A stretch of 64,000 nucleotides of DNA from GCA_000165345.1 CM000433.1:864001-928000, one strand, 5' to 3'. Counted from the first letter of the stretch, positions 23,737 to 35,560 are shown. The notes: generated by a model from the letters alone, not told the origin. Translations and numbers: made by a program.

Positions 23737-26700
23737 TTAAAGTGCACTACCTCTAATTTTCTTAATACTTTCTAATATATTTAATGTCATTTGTTTATTA
23801 ATATATCTGTTATTTTTAATACAAGAATATAAAAGGAAGCCGCAATTAAGACACCCATTTTTACAGTTACAGCTATTTATATTATCCCTCATATTAAAAA
23901 TAATATCTTCAATAATTCGAACTTCCTTTCCGTTTGAAGTACATTTCAATTTCATTAGTTCATTAAAATATCCATTACCTCCCTTTTTATTTTCATATAG
24001 CAGAAGAGTGATAGAATTTGTTTGTTTATCTTTTTGATTATAAATTTTAACTAAAAGATAATTTCAGATAAATGTAATTTATTATTTTTTTTCTCAAGAA
24101 AAATTATACTTAATAAACTTACTGTCAGGGCATTCACAAGAAATATCATTAATATTACAAGATATAAACTTTGGAAGCGAATTAATAACATTGTGAATAA
24201 TCCCATGTATAGCTATATTAATTATTTCAACTTCAAATTTATCACTTAATTCTAACTTTATCTGCATTCCCATTGTATTAAATGAGTAAACTAAAGGATT
24301 TTGAATATATTTCTCTTCCATAAAAATCCATTCATTATTAATTATCTCAAATATTGAATAACTATATATATCAAAAGTAACTCTTGCTCCTGTTATATAT
24401 ATATTCATACTAATAATATCGCTTTCCAAACTTTCACTCAATGTATATCTTTCGCCATTTCCTTGCATTACTACTGAAACTTCCCCTGAAGAAACAGTCT
24501 TTTGTTTAAGTCTATGATCACCCTTCTTAATTTCTTGTACTATTCCTATAATTCATTGTAATTTTTTAACAATTTAATCATTAAATCATTATTTAATTTA
24601 TAAATATTATTATTATTAACCTACCTCTTCTGGATGTTAAGTCCACTGATAAAGTCTTATATAACACCCCATTTATTGAATATATTGATTCTGGATATAC
24701 TAAACGAACTGAATTATAAATTGGTAATGTGTCAATAATCACCCTACTATCCTTAACATCGTAAAGTGATACAGTTATATCGCTATCTCTAACATCTATT
24801 TGTTTGTAAATATCTTTTGGATCATTCAAAATCAACTGATCATTATTTTCAAAATATAATGAAAGCAATGATGAAATGCATGCAGGTTCGATTCCCGCTT
24901 CAGATTGATTCTTTATCCTATTCCAATTATAATATAAATCGCATGCAACAAAATCTTGAACTTTTGAATTATCGTAAGTAACAATTAGATTTCTGTAGTA
25001 CAAAAATTTGATAATATCAACCAATATTTCAGAGTTTAAATCCAAAATCTTTGAATCTCTTTTAATATTAATAAATTTATAAGTTTCAACTGTTAAACAT
25101 ATAAGGTGAAGAATTAATAAATAAGGATTCTTTAAATTAATAACACATGAATCAAATTGTTTAGATAATAATTCATCGCCATGATTACTTATATAATTAT
25201 CAATTTCATTATTTTCATTTAATAAAAGCACTTTAATACTTTTTGTTTTATGATCTCTTCCACATCTTCCAAATTGTTGAGTCAATCTATTAATAGACCC
25301 AGGGTATCCAAAAACTATTACACTATCAAAACATTTTACATCAATTCCTAGTTCCAATGCAATAGTACTAATAACAATTTTTACTTTACCGTTAAATATT
25401 AGTGATTCTAATTTTCTTCTTTCAGTTTGAGAAATCCCTCCCCTATAAATTTGAATATCAGAATCAAAGTTGAATTGATGATCATTATGAAGATTTATCT
25501 TCTTTAAAGCCATTAAAAGGTCTCTCTTAATATTTTCAACCAATTTTCTTGAAGGACAAAATAAAATTAATTTACGATTTAAATAGTAGAATTCAATTAA
25601 CATATTAATACATTCTTTATAACTTTTATTTTTTTTTATTTGACTATAATTTTTTGTATTATCTTTAATAATATACTTATTACAATCCCAAATTAATATT
25701 GATGATTCTCCCTTTGAACTTGAATCATTATCAATAAGTGCAATATCGTTAAAATCTTTAAATTCAGAACCAATCAAGTTTTTAAAATGCTCAATAGGGT
25801 TATTTATTGTTGCAGTACATACAATATACTGAGTATATGTTTCAGAATCTATATAATTATTTTTTTGTTTGTAATATAGAATGCCTCTGTGAAGTCTTTT
25901 TAATATATAGCTTGTATTAATTCCAAAATGGCCTGTATAAATATGAGCTTCATCGATAACAAGCAATTTTAGACGATTATAAATCATACAAGATAAAAGT
26001 TCAATATTCCAATGAATAAAATCAATATTAGTTAGAATAATATTACTTTTTAATAATATTTCTCTTCTTTGATTCATATTTGTATCTCCATCAAGTTTAT
26101 TAACCTTTGGCAAAATAGTTGGAGGTTCGGGATGAAAAAAACTTAGAATTTGTGTAATCTTCATAAACTGATCTTCAGATAATGCCTTTGTTGGAAATAT
26201 TAATAAAGCCAAATTTTTTGGGTTTTGAATGGCAAATTGAATGCATGGAAGTAAATAACACATAGACTTTCCACTTGATGTACTGGTTGTAATGATTACA
26301 TTCTTTTTATCTCGCAAAATGGCTTTAATTGCATCACTCTGATGATTATAAAATCTAAATTTGTTAGATGAACTTTTATTAATATAAATGCTCAGCATAT
26401 CAATTATTTTCGGATCAAGAATTGAATATACCTGATCATTTTCATGGCAGTAGTTAGTTTCTCGTCCCTTCTCAAATTTCTGGCTTACTATTCCACCTTT
26501 TAAAATTGTACTTTTTGAAATAGTTTCAATGACTTTATCAGAGTCTACCGTTTGATTTTTTCCATTTGGGATTGACATTAATTGATTTATTCTTCTTATT
26601 CTAATTTCCTCCAGACTATTCTCTTTTACCTCAATATCAACTTTATCCGTGAATTTGTCTTCAATTTGCTCATTTTTCTCACTAATATTCATTAATAATT

Positions 26701-27308
26701 GTTTCTCAAAGAATTCTAATAAAGAGTCCATTGATTTTTTGTTGAGTTTATTGGATTGAATTAAATTATTACAAGATTTTATATCTAAGTCTTTTGGTTT
26801 GTTTTTATTACATATAGTATCAGTTCCAATATTGAAATTTATTATATAGTCCCTCGCATTAGCCAGTATTTCATTTAATTCAAAGTTAGTATTTGAATGA
26901 GATACTTGTGTTTCTGAAATCCTTGTTATTGTAATTTTATCTTTTAGTACAGCAATTACATCTTTAAAATCACCAATATTTTTAATTCCATGTACTCCAG
27001 GACATCTTCCAAGCCTACAAATGCATTCATCAGAAACCCCACACAATATTGATGATATTCTTGTAATGCATTGGTTTGAAACAAGTTTATTGTAAGTTGC
27101 TAAATATGTTCGAAGATAGAAAAAAAAAATAATCAGATTTTTGTTTAATTAATTTTCAAATATTCTAAATTCTCTGTTATTCAGTCAACTTACCTAGAAT
27201 CTTCTTTAAAAACTCAATTAATCGAATATTTTTAATAATTTGAGCCTGGTATGTATTCAATTTGTTTCTTTGATTTATTAAGTCATCCGTTCTTTCTCTT
27301 TTGAGCAT
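23737..27308 (-). CDS. DEXH-box ATP-dependent helicase of the Hrq1/YprA(MrfA) family with a C-terminal DUF1998-type Cys-rich zinc module. Four exons: complement(join(23737..24050,24123..24545,24625..27099,27194..27308)).
   Basis: The core ORF 24593..27046 has Walker A TSTSSGKSMCYLLP, motif II LLVIDEAHIY (DEAH) and helicase-C motif VI TQQFGRCGRD. Its M at 27046 is a TTG. An upstream exon MLKRERTDDLINQRNKLNTYQAQIIKNIRLIEFLKKIL- joins through a GTAAGT donor at 27193 and acceptor tttag ending 27100, in phase 1, giving -ATYNKLVSNQCITRISSILCGVSDECICRLGRCPGVHG. Downstream, a GTAGGT donor at 24624 and acceptor tatag ending 24546 join to ORF 24094..24468. A GTAAGT donor at 24122 and acceptor ttttag ending 24051 join to ORF 23737..23955. 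All phases check, for 1108 codons in total. The C-terminal Cys cluster is CNINDISCECPD ... CNCKNGCLNCGF. Confidence 0.75.
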
Positions 27309-27387
27309 ATTTCAAGCTTCCTATATTATTTTACCATATAAAAAAAAGTGTTTTATTATTTTAAATTTTTTTCCATTCAATTTTATA

Positions 27388-27454
27388 TTACGTGTACATT
27401 TTATACCGGCATTTCATTAAATGACGTAATAATTATTTTCTTATTTTGACATGT
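27388..27454. promoter_or_regulatory. Composite element TTACGTGTA ... ATACCGGCATTT-N4-AAATGACGTAA ... ACTCCGGTAT in the divergent helicase/27544 promoter
   Basis: tattacgtgtacattttATACCGGCATTTcattAAATGACGTAAtaatt...atgtaACTCCGGTATtaatt. Confidence 0.5.
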
Positions 27455-27543
27455 AACTCCGGTATTAATTTTTATCCACATGCGGGAAATTCAAATTAAT
27501 AATGAATTTAAAAATAGTATTAAAATAATAAAAGTAGAATTTG

Positions 27544-28800
27544 ATGAATAAATTTGAAAATGGTTTGGAACATGTAAAATTAAGGATTTCTAATATTGAA
27601 GATGAAATATATAATATAACAGAGTTGAGAGAAAGAAATATTATTGAGAAGGAGAAATTAGAAGATGAAATATATGAAATTATTGAAATTGAAAAAATAC
27701 TATCAGAGCTTTATGATGAATTGTACAGAATTTCAAATTTCCATGAGGCTAATAATGTTTTAATTACTAGAGCTTTTGAAGAGAAATTGGTGAAAATATT
27801 TAAAGAGTATTACTCAAATAAATTAGAGAATTTAAATAACATTAATTTTTTAGACTATGAACAAATTAAATATAGTTATCAAAATTCCAGATTATCATTA
27901 ATTAATGAGTTGAAAACTAATTTTGGGCAAGATTTGCTGAAGATTGAAGTTTTGAATAATATTATTAAAAAATTAATCGCGTCAAATGAGAAAATCTTTT
28001 ATGCTATATTCAAAGTTGAAGATTTATACAAAATACTTTTGTGCTTTATATATACAGATTTTTTGATTTGGGATCCTTTTTCAGATTCTCCAAATACTGA
28101 TTTACTTTCTTTTTCAAGCATCATCAATGATGTATTAAAACAAGATGGTGTAACTACTTTGAATGTAAGTTTTTTTAATACTGAAAAGCTTGTGGAAAAA
28201 TTATATCTTGAAAAGCTCATGAATTATATTTGTGAAATAGTAAAACTGTATTGGACTCCTTTTTATTTCAAAGAAACAGAGAAATTTGTTAAATCTATAA
28301 GAAATGTTAAAGATATTCTTGAAATTGATATGTCAGAAGTTGTGTCCGAACTCATGAATAAACTTCAAGATAATTTTAATTTTTTGATTTCAGAGAGTTT
28401 TTTAAAACCCGAAAATGAATTTAAGTTTGTATTACTGATCTTAAATTGGGCTGCTTCAGTACTCATGGTTACAAAAGCATTTCAAGTAAAACAAGAGTAT
28501 ATTAATTTATTAATAAGCAAGTCCATTCTTCATTTTTCCCAAAACTCGATCCAAAACCACGAAAATAAAAATTTAAGAAAACTACTCTGCGAAACAGAAA
28601 TTGACGTTAAAGAAATCAATGATTATTCAGTAAATGAACAAAAGTTAGATTCCAATATATTATTGAATCCTAAGGTTGCTGGCTTACTAAATATTAATGA
28701 GGTTTTATATCAAATTAAAAACAGCTTTAAATTAAATTTTCCTAAAAAAAAATATATCTTAATTGATATTATATTAGAAATTATATCAAGTTATAATTAA
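27544..28800 (+). CDS. Hypothetical protein with an acidic coiled-coil N-terminus
   Basis: 419-aa ORF. The track start at 27541 is a TTG, and the first ATG is at 27544. No recognisable domain. Composition and length are protein-like, and a promoter-type motif block lies about 120 bp upstream. Confidence 0.5.
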   Translation: MNKFENGLEHVKLRISNIEDEIYNITELRERNIIEKEKLEDEIYEIIEIEKILSELYDELYRISNFHEANNVLITRAFEEKLVKIFKEYYSNKLENLNNINFLDYEQIKYSYQNSRLSLINELKTNFGQDLLKIEVLNNIIKKLIASNEKIFYAIFKVEDLYKILLCFIYTDFLIWDPFSDSPNTDLLSFSSIINDVLKQDGVTTLNVSFFNTEKLVEKLYLEKLMNYICEIVKLYWTPFYFKETEKFVKSIRNVKDILEIDMSEVVSELMNKLQDNFNFLISESFLKPENEFKFVLLILNWAASVLMVTKAFQVKQEYINLLISKSILHFSQNSIQNHENKNLRKLLCETEIDVKEINDYSVNEQKLDSNILLNPKVAGLLNINEVLYQIKNSFKLNFPKKKYILIDIILEIISSYN

Positions 28801-28804
28801 TTAA

Positions 28805-29779
28805 TTATTTTCTTAGTAAAAGTTCAATACGCTCATTTATCATATTATAAACCTGTCTCGAAGATAGTACATCCATAATAATATCTGTAATTGCTTCTGG
28901 AGTAATATTTTCATTTTTTCGGTTATAATTACTTTCTAATTTACTACCTTTTCCTAAAATATCTTGAAAATGCAAAAGTTTCTGTAGTGAATCATTAATT
29001 ACTGTCTTTTCTGAATTACTCTTACTTTCCACGTTATTGATAATATTATGTTTATCAGGAATATTGGTATTATTACCGTTATTATTATTATTATTATTAT
29101 TGTTATTTACGTTATTTTTAATATTATCATCAGTAACAATTCGACTAGCTTGAATGATTTTATTATTATTTACAGAATTTCGAATCATCTGTTCTATATT
29201 AATTTCGCCTTCTTGATTCTTTTGATTAGATTTCTTGTTGAGGAATTCTAGTATGGTTTTTCCTGCATTACTATTATAAATGGAAGTAGGGTCTGACTGA
29301 AATCCATGACTTGATGAGCTGTTACAATCGATATCACTATTCAATTTTTTAACCATTAACTTCGAAACTATTTGCTTTAATGAAGCTTCAATTGATTTTC
29401 TCTCCTCCACCTCGTAAAACCATAAACAAGAAACCAAAGAGTTATTATTCTTATTTGGAAACTTATAAAATAAATAATTTGTTTCTCCACTTAACTCCCA
29501 TTCACTTGTAATTCCAAGTATAAGATTTTCAGGGTTTTTCTGATTCAAAACAATTAGTTGATATATTGGTTCTATATCCCTCTTAACAATATGTAAAAAC
29601 CCTTCAACTTCTCCTCTAACCCACTTTTGAGTAGTTCCATCCATTAAATATACGCTTACAAAACTTGAGTATGCAATAATCTCATTAATGTTCTCATCAT
29701 GACGTTTTAAAAGCTGTAAATTTAACTTTTTCCTTTCGTCCTCTAAATTGTTTTTTCTCTGATTTTCCAATGAATTCAT
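28805..29779 (-). CDS. DCP1: mRNA-decapping enzyme subunit 1 (Dcp1, EVH1-like domain)
   Basis: N-terminal block SFVSVYLMDGTTQKWVRGEVEGFLHIVKRDIEPIYQLIVLNQKNPENLILGITSEWELSGETNYLFYKFPNKNNNSLVSCLWFYEVEE fits the Dcp1 EVH1 fold, with the conserved Trp and the GLWF-type motif. The C-terminal half is low-complexity poly-Asn. Confidence 0.7.
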   Translation of the reverse strand: MNSLENQRKNNLEDERKKLNLQLLKRHDENINEIIAYSSFVSVYLMDGTTQKWVRGEVEGFLHIVKRDIEPIYQLIVLNQKNPENLILGITSEWELSGETNYLFYKFPNKNNNSLVSCLWFYEVEERKSIEASLKQIVSKLMVKKLNSDIDCNSSSSHGFQSDPTSIYNSNAGKTILEFLNKKSNQKNQEGEINIEQMIRNSVNNNKIIQASRIVTDDNIKNNVNNNNNNNNNNGNNTNIPDKHNIINNVESKSNSEKTVINDSLQKLLHFQDILGKGSKLESNYNRKNENITPEAITDIIMDVLSSRQVYNMINERIELLLRK

Positions 29780-30133
29780 CTTAAATATGTCGTATTTATA
29801 GTATTAGATTATTTGCATATATAAATATATTTAGAATAACTGTACTAATTAACAAGTTCTTTACAAATTTATATAGATTATTTTATATATGACTAAATTT
29901 AGCAATAAAACAATAAATGACACCTTAAATTCAAAGTATTCACTTTAGTTATTTTACTTGTAGTTTTCTTCTTCTGAAAATTAACCCTCGCTAAATTTTG
30001 ACAATTTTTTCTATAGAAAAAATATTATCTTTAATTGTTATTTCCTATTAATATATTTGACATTTATATGATATTATACCCTGTACCGTTCCCCTCACTA
30101 TACATGGCGCCTGATTATTTGTAAAAAATTATG

Positions 30134-30366
30134 TTGCATGCAATAATAAATCAATCAAATATAAGCAAAAAATAAAAATAAAGAATGAAACAAAATGAAC
30201 TAAAATATAATTAATATTAAACCAAATCATTTATATAAAGTACTAGGAAAAAAGCCTTAATACTTTATTATTGTTAATATTCATTATTATTTTTTTAAAC
30301 TAATTATCATGGTAATGATTACTTTTTGTCCACATTAATTTAGAATGCATGCTATTGCATGCATGG
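30134..30366. promoter_or_regulatory. Cluster of three GCATGC-core sites, two of them the full TGCATGCA, plus a TGGCGCC at 30105, in the divergent DCP1/RING-H2 promoter
   Basis: gTTGCATGCAAt at 30134..30143; aATGCATGCTATTGCATGCATGg at 30345..30366; TGGCGCC at 30105..30111. Confidence 0.5.
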
Positions 30367-30476
30367 AAAACTCGTGTAATTGAAAATAAAAATTGCTTAC
30401 GTGGGAATTTATTAATATTAATATTACTATTATTAAATCATTTATAATCAAAAAAAAATTTCAAATCAATAATGAA

Positions 30477-33400
30477 ATGTTGTATGAAATTAGAGTGGAA
30501 GACGGTAAATCAGACAATATTTATAAATGGAAAGATTCCAAACAACCAGAATTATTTAGCTATGAGTTTTCTGATGATCTATTTAACTTACTATTGGATT
30601 ATGACGTAACTGCAATAAGTTTAAATAAAACTCTAATTACAATTACTACTCTAGATAATGAAATAATAATTTTCAAAAAGAATAAAGAATTTACTAAGAT
30701 AGGAAAAACTCAAGTTAACTTAGGAACAAAGGAAGAAATATTTAGACTTATTATTCTAGATGAAAGCAGGAAAATATTACATGCACTTAGCAATAAGGAT
30801 GAATATTTGGTTTATAAAATCAATTTTTCTCCGGAAAAAATTGAAGCCATCAAGATTTTTGGAGAACTTGAAGTTATCAATTTCTTTATTAATGAAGTTA
30901 ACTGTAAAACTTTGCTTGTATTAAAAAATGGAAAGTGTACTATTTTTTCCTTAAATAATGAATTGAATTATGAAACTAATATGATTCTAATAAATGAGAA
31001 AATTCTTAAAAATTCGAAGATAAATGCAATATGGAACACAAAAAACCAGTTAGTTATATGGAATATTGGACATAAGCTATATTTATATGATTATAATATT
31101 GAGAAATTACTATTAAATATTAATTTAAAGAATTACTTAACTATTGACGAAAGAGTGAGTATGAATAGAATAATTGTGCATTATTGTCAAGGAAATATAT
31201 ATATATTAGTTAAAAACAAAGTTTTTTTGTTCAAGATTTCAAAGAATGAAAAAGAAGAATATATATTTAATTTTAAATTGATATATATGATGGAAGATGT
31301 TTACTCAGCGATTGACGCTTCAAATATTGAAATTCAAGTTTTAAATTCAGTTTATACATGTATTATGGCTATTTTGAGTAATTCTAAAGATCAAATTAAT
31401 ATATTTATATTTGATTCCTTCTTTAGAATGGTTAAGCATGATATTATACATTGTACAAAAAGACTATTGAGAGAATTTAGAAGATATAAATATTTGAATG
31501 AATCTGATTATGTTAATATGGAACATCTTCAAAGCGTACCAAGATTTCTAAAGCTTGAAAGAAATCAATTATTAATACATAAAAATAGAAACCAATCATT
31601 TTTAAAAATGAAATCAATTGGAATGGATGAGTTTTTTACTATATGTATGAAGAAATCTCTAATTGATCATTCTCTTTTTTTGATTAATTGTGATATTTCA
31701 AAAGAAATGGAAAGATGTCTAATTATTAAATGTATTCAAAAAAATTCAAATTCAATTGAATTTGTAGATAAATTACTTTCAAATAAGATGTTATTAAGAG
31801 ATTCACAACAGGAACTTGATTTATTTATTGATTTATTCAATCATTTTGGTAAATTTCATGAATTTATTATATATCTCAAAGATTCAGATAGCTTCTTAAA
31901 GATGTTTATGGAAGTTAAAGATTTGCAATGGTACTCAAATTTTATTTATATGTTATATAAAAAAGATATTGCATTATTCTACTATGTAATTCATTATCTT
32001 CCTATTCAGAAAATAATTATGGAGCTTGATTGGAATAATAAAGTTTATTCAGGACTCTTGTTTTTCATGGAAAATAATACTGATTTAAGTCTAAAAGCTT
32101 TTGGAAATGGATTATGTAATCATAAAACTCCAAATAAATATCAAATGACCAATCTTGAAGCTGATAAAGAGGATGTTTATTATTATTTAAGTTATTTCGA
32201 GGTTTTATCTTGGATAAAAATAACTCAGGAGCAAACTATTATTAATTGTCTTCATTTACTTGAAATAATCCCAGAAAATGAAATAATTCGAGATTCCATT
32301 ATTAATTACTTTAATAAGTATTCAGAAGATTCTTCAAATAAAATGAGAAAATTCATTATTGAAAATGTATCATGTATATTAAATACTGACGATTTTATCA
32401 TTATTGGAATATTACTTTATAATAATATAATTGGTGAATATAGTATTTTCTATAATCAAATTAAAAATAAAAAGAAAGATTGCTTTACATTTTTAAAGCA
32501 GTTATTATTTTATCAAATAAATTACAGTAATAATAAAGTTATTAATATTTCAGACAGTTATCAAATAAAAATATGTTTTGAAGAAGTTATTGATTTTTTC
32601 AGTAATCACTTAAATAATATAATTCAGGTTTATTTAGAGTTTTCAGCACATGAATTTCTAAATTTTATTATTATTAATTATGGATTATTTAATACTGAGA
32701 ATTTCCAATATTTGTCAAAATTTGATATATCAAATATTTCAGATAATATTAAATATGATTTAAATTCAGAGAAAAAATATATCATTGAAGCTAATTCAAT
32801 TGCAATATTTCTATTAAATAATAAAACCAATGCATTACAACTATTGATAGATAATGGGCTCATTTTCAGTGCTATATCTTTGATTTTATATTTTAATTCA
32901 GATAATGAAAATATATGGAAACAATTGATCAACATGATTTTAAATAATGAAATCTTACAAATAAATCAGTTGGATAGCTTTATGTTTTGGTATGAATATT
33001 TTATATTTAGTCCAACAAATGAATTATCTGATGGTCATATTTTAGATGTTTTAAATAAATTTACTCTTCCAAAAAGTCAGTTACTTTTTAACATACTGAG
33101 AAAGGATATTTTCTTAAATTCAAGCAATTCATTAGATTGTTGTAATTTTCATAATATTCCTTATAACGGTAAATATTTGACATCTGAAATAAAGAGAACA
33201 ATTATTGAATGTATAGATTTCTGTAAAGAAAAAAATGGGAATGAATACTTTAATTTTGATAAGAAAATACACGAAAAATATCTCAAATTTCAAATCGAGT
33301 TGGCATGCACTAATTTCGATTTTTGTAATCAAGAAACTAATAGAAATATTCAAGAATACATAATTAATTTACCAAGAGCTTCATCTTTAAATTATAATAC

Positions 33401-33635
33401 AGATTTATGTTTATTATGCAACTCTAAATTATTTTTTTTGGAAAATAAAAAACTTTCAAGCAAAGTAATTCTTAATCATTGCAAACATAATTATCATTAC
33501 GAGTGCTATTTAAAACAAGCTTATGTTGACAAAAAGAGTCATAAGTTTAAAATCGTTATAGAAAACAATATTTCAAAGAGCAATATTAAATGTATTATCT
33601 GTCAATATAAATTACTAATTAATCATCATTCTTAA
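30477..33635 (+). CDS. Large protein with a C-terminal RING-H2 finger, possibly a Vps8/Vps41/Vps11-class HOPS/CORVET tethering subunit
   Basis: About 1050-aa ORF. The track start at 30393 is a TTG, and the first in-frame ATG is at 30477. The extreme C-terminus reads CLLCNSKLFFLENKKLSSKVILNHCKHNYHYECYL...CIICQ, the pattern C-x2-C...H-C-x-H-x2-H-x2-C of a RING-H2. The rest is a helical-repeat-like body. The family assignment is tentative. Confidence 0.5.
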   Translation: MLYEIRVEDGKSDNIYKWKDSKQPELFSYEFSDDLFNLLLDYDVTAISLNKTLITITTLDNEIIIFKKNKEFTKIGKTQVNLGTKEEIFRLIILDESRKILHALSNKDEYLVYKINFSPEKIEAIKIFGELEVINFFINEVNCKTLLVLKNGKCTIFSLNNELNYETNMILINEKILKNSKINAIWNTKNQLVIWNIGHKLYLYDYNIEKLLLNINLKNYLTIDERVSMNRIIVHYCQGNIYILVKNKVFLFKISKNEKEEYIFNFKLIYMMEDVYSAIDASNIEIQVLNSVYTCIMAILSNSKDQINIFIFDSFFRMVKHDIIHCTKRLLREFRRYKYLNESDYVNMEHLQSVPRFLKLERNQLLIHKNRNQSFLKMKSIGMDEFFTICMKKSLIDHSLFLINCDISKEMERCLIIKCIQKNSNSIEFVDKLLSNKMLLRDSQQELDLFIDLFNHFGKFHEFIIYLKDSDSFLKMFMEVKDLQWYSNFIYMLYKKDIALFYYVIHYLPIQKIIMELDWNNKVYSGLLFFMENNTDLSLKAFGNGLCNHKTPNKYQMTNLEADKEDVYYYLSYFEVLSWIKITQEQTIINCLHLLEIIPENEIIRDSIINYFNKYSEDSSNKMRKFIIENVSCILNTDDFIIIGILLYNNIIGEYSIFYNQIKNKKKDCFTFLKQLLFYQINYSNNKVINISDSYQIKICFEEVIDFFSNHLNNIIQVYLEFSAHEFLNFIIINYGLFNTENFQYLSKFDISNISDNIKYDLNSEKKYIIEANSIAIFLLNNKTNALQLLIDNGLIFSAISLILYFNSDNENIWKQLINMILNNEILQINQLDSFMFWYEYFIFSPTNELSDGHILDVLNKFTLPKSQLLFNILRKDIFLNSSNSLDCCNFHNIPYNGKYLTSEIKRTIIECIDFCKEKNGNEYFNFDKKIHEKYLKFQIELACTNFDFCNQETNRNIQEYIINLPRASSLNYNTDLCLLCNSKLFFLENKKLSSKVILNHCKHNYHYECYLKQAYVDKKSHKFKIVIENNISKSNIKCIICQYKLLINHHS

Positions 33636-34003
33636 AGATACTTGGAATTATTTTTCAAAAAACGCGCCAGAAAGTGCATGCACTTGCAAACATGCATTTT
33701 AATGTGGACAGAGGCAAGTATTAGTGCATGTGGATATATCCCGGTATATGTAATAAATCATGTATATATAGTCACAAATAGGGAGAAAATGCGGTTCGAA
33801 AGAAATTATTAAAAATTGCAAAATAAATAAATTCCCCCACAACAAATGAATGTAAGGCATGTAATGCAAATAAACAATAGAAGATGAATTTTATTTGTTA
33901 TTATTTTTTTTACATTAATAATATAACAATAGAAGCATTTATTTCAAAAAAAAAATTAATAATAAATAAAAATCAGGAAATGAATTTAACATAAAATTTC
34001 AAT

Positions 34004-35560
34004 ATGTTTAGTAATTCTGTCAGCACAAGTTTAAACTCATACGAGAATTTTGATGAGAACCAAGAATTAAAATTGACAGGTGAAAAAAAAATTGAAATAG
34101 ATCATTTTCAAAATGAAATTAGTCCAAGAAATATAATTAATAATTTTCCTGTAATAACAGGTTACTATGGAGTTGTGTTAAGAAAAAAAAAACATCCACT
34201 TTTTGGGTCATATTGGAATAAGGAATATTGCTTATTACAATCCAATATTTTTTTATGTCATGAATTAAAATATCCATATAAAATCAAAAGGAGTATATCA
34301 ATAGCTTCTATTTCCAAATGTGAAATTTCAAAAATGGATCCTTGTGTATACTGTTTAACAATAAATAATAATGAAGAGAACTTGGAAAAAGCTGGAATTT
34401 CACAAGTTGGTGGATTTTCATGTTTTAACTTCAAGTCTAGGAAAATTGAAATAATTAAAATAAAATGTACATCAACTTTAGATACTCAGAAATGGAATCT
34501 ATATATTAATAATACACTTAAAAATTGGAGATCAAATAAAAATAATACTAAAAATCTATATAATGGAAATCAATATATTGAAAAAACTATAGCTCAAGAA
34601 TTATTTGAAAAGATGAATAAAAAGTTAAAAAGAATTATTATTCAATCATCAATAAATAATATGATTTTAATATTCAGACAAATAGAAAAAAGAAATCTTT
34701 ATAATAGTTTATACAAGATTAAGATTAATAGTATAATCAATTCAAATAATGATATAGAACGGGAAAGTATATCATCAAAAAATACAAATCATTCATCCAT
34801 ATCTAATAATGATTTTACATTTAAAAAAGATTTATTATTGATTAAAAGAAGAATTATTTTATTTAAAATTGAGCAAGGATCAAATCACCTAAAAAGATTA
34901 ATAATTAAAAGAATGTCAGAATATTGGAAATTATTAAAAGAGCATTCTTTAAATAATCATGAAGATCATGAATTTATGGAAATACACTATAAATTAATAT
35001 TAAAAAGACGGATTTTCTTATTTTGGAGAGAATTACTTCGAATTATTTTGTTAAAAGATAAAAATTTTAAACAAGAAAATAGAAAAACAATTAATTCTGT
35101 CATCCCAAAAGATTCTACTATAACAAATAGCAATAATTTTTTTCACTCTAACTTATCATCTAAGCTTATATTAACTTCAACTGAAAATAATCAAATTAAT
35201 ACAAAAAAAGTGTATTATAAATCAAATGAATCCAAGAATCAATTTAAACTAAATAAAATGGTTAAAGATAAAGATGATAAACATCAAGCAACATTTAAAA
35301 TGTTATTAAAAAACAATAATACTCATATAAAGAGTATTTGTAATATTCATGAAAATATTGTACAAATAACTAAGCTTAATTTTATTATACTTACAAAAGT
35401 AAAAACTGCTTGGAATATTTTAGAAGCAAATCGAATAAAAAATAATGCATTATTATCCATTCGCAAATACAATCAAGTTCAATCGTTTTTTGAAATATTA
35501 GAAAGAAATCGGAAATTAAAAATTTATAGAGCTTTCCAAATATTGAAACAAGAAAAGTAA
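34004..35560 (+). CDS. PH-domain-containing protein with a basic helical C-terminal region
   Basis: Residues about 50-170 read ITGYYGVVLRKKKHPLFGSYWNKEYCLLQSNIFLCHE...KIEIIKIKCTSTLDTQKWNLYINN. This is a PH-like beta sandwich ending in the conserved Trp-containing helix. The C-terminal half carries repeated basic W/L-rich segments. Confidence 0.5.
   Translation: MFSNSVSTSLNSYENFDENQELKLTGEKKIEIDHFQNEISPRNIINNFPVITGYYGVVLRKKKHPLFGSYWNKEYCLLQSNIFLCHELKYPYKIKRSISIASISKCEISKMDPCVYCLTINNNEENLEKAGISQVGGFSCFNFKSRKIEIIKIKCTSTLDTQKWNLYINNTLKNWRSNKNNTKNLYNGNQYIEKTIAQELFEKMNKKLKRIIIQSSINNMILIFRQIEKRNLYNSLYKIKINSIINSNNDIERESISSKNTNHSSISNNDFTFKKDLLLIKRRIILFKIEQGSNHLKRLIIKRMSEYWKLLKEHSLNNHEDHEFMEIHYKLILKRRIFLFWRELLRIILLKDKNFKQENRKTINSVIPKDSTITNSNNFFHSNLSSKLILTSTENNQINTKKVYYKSNESKNQFKLNKMVKDKDDKHQATFKMLLKNNNTHIKSICNIHENIVQITKLNFIILTKVKTAWNILEANRIKNNALLSIRKYNQVQSFFEILERNRKLKIYRAFQILKQEK

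Noticed and set aside
27046-30393. The M start codons given by the ORF track for 24593..27046, 30393, 35946, 9889, 16507, 55549 and 57608
   Set aside because: These are TTG (Leu) codons chosen by the ORF caller, not initiators. In each case either a splice acceptor lies immediately upstream or a genuine ATG lies downstream. The starts were re-assigned accordingly.
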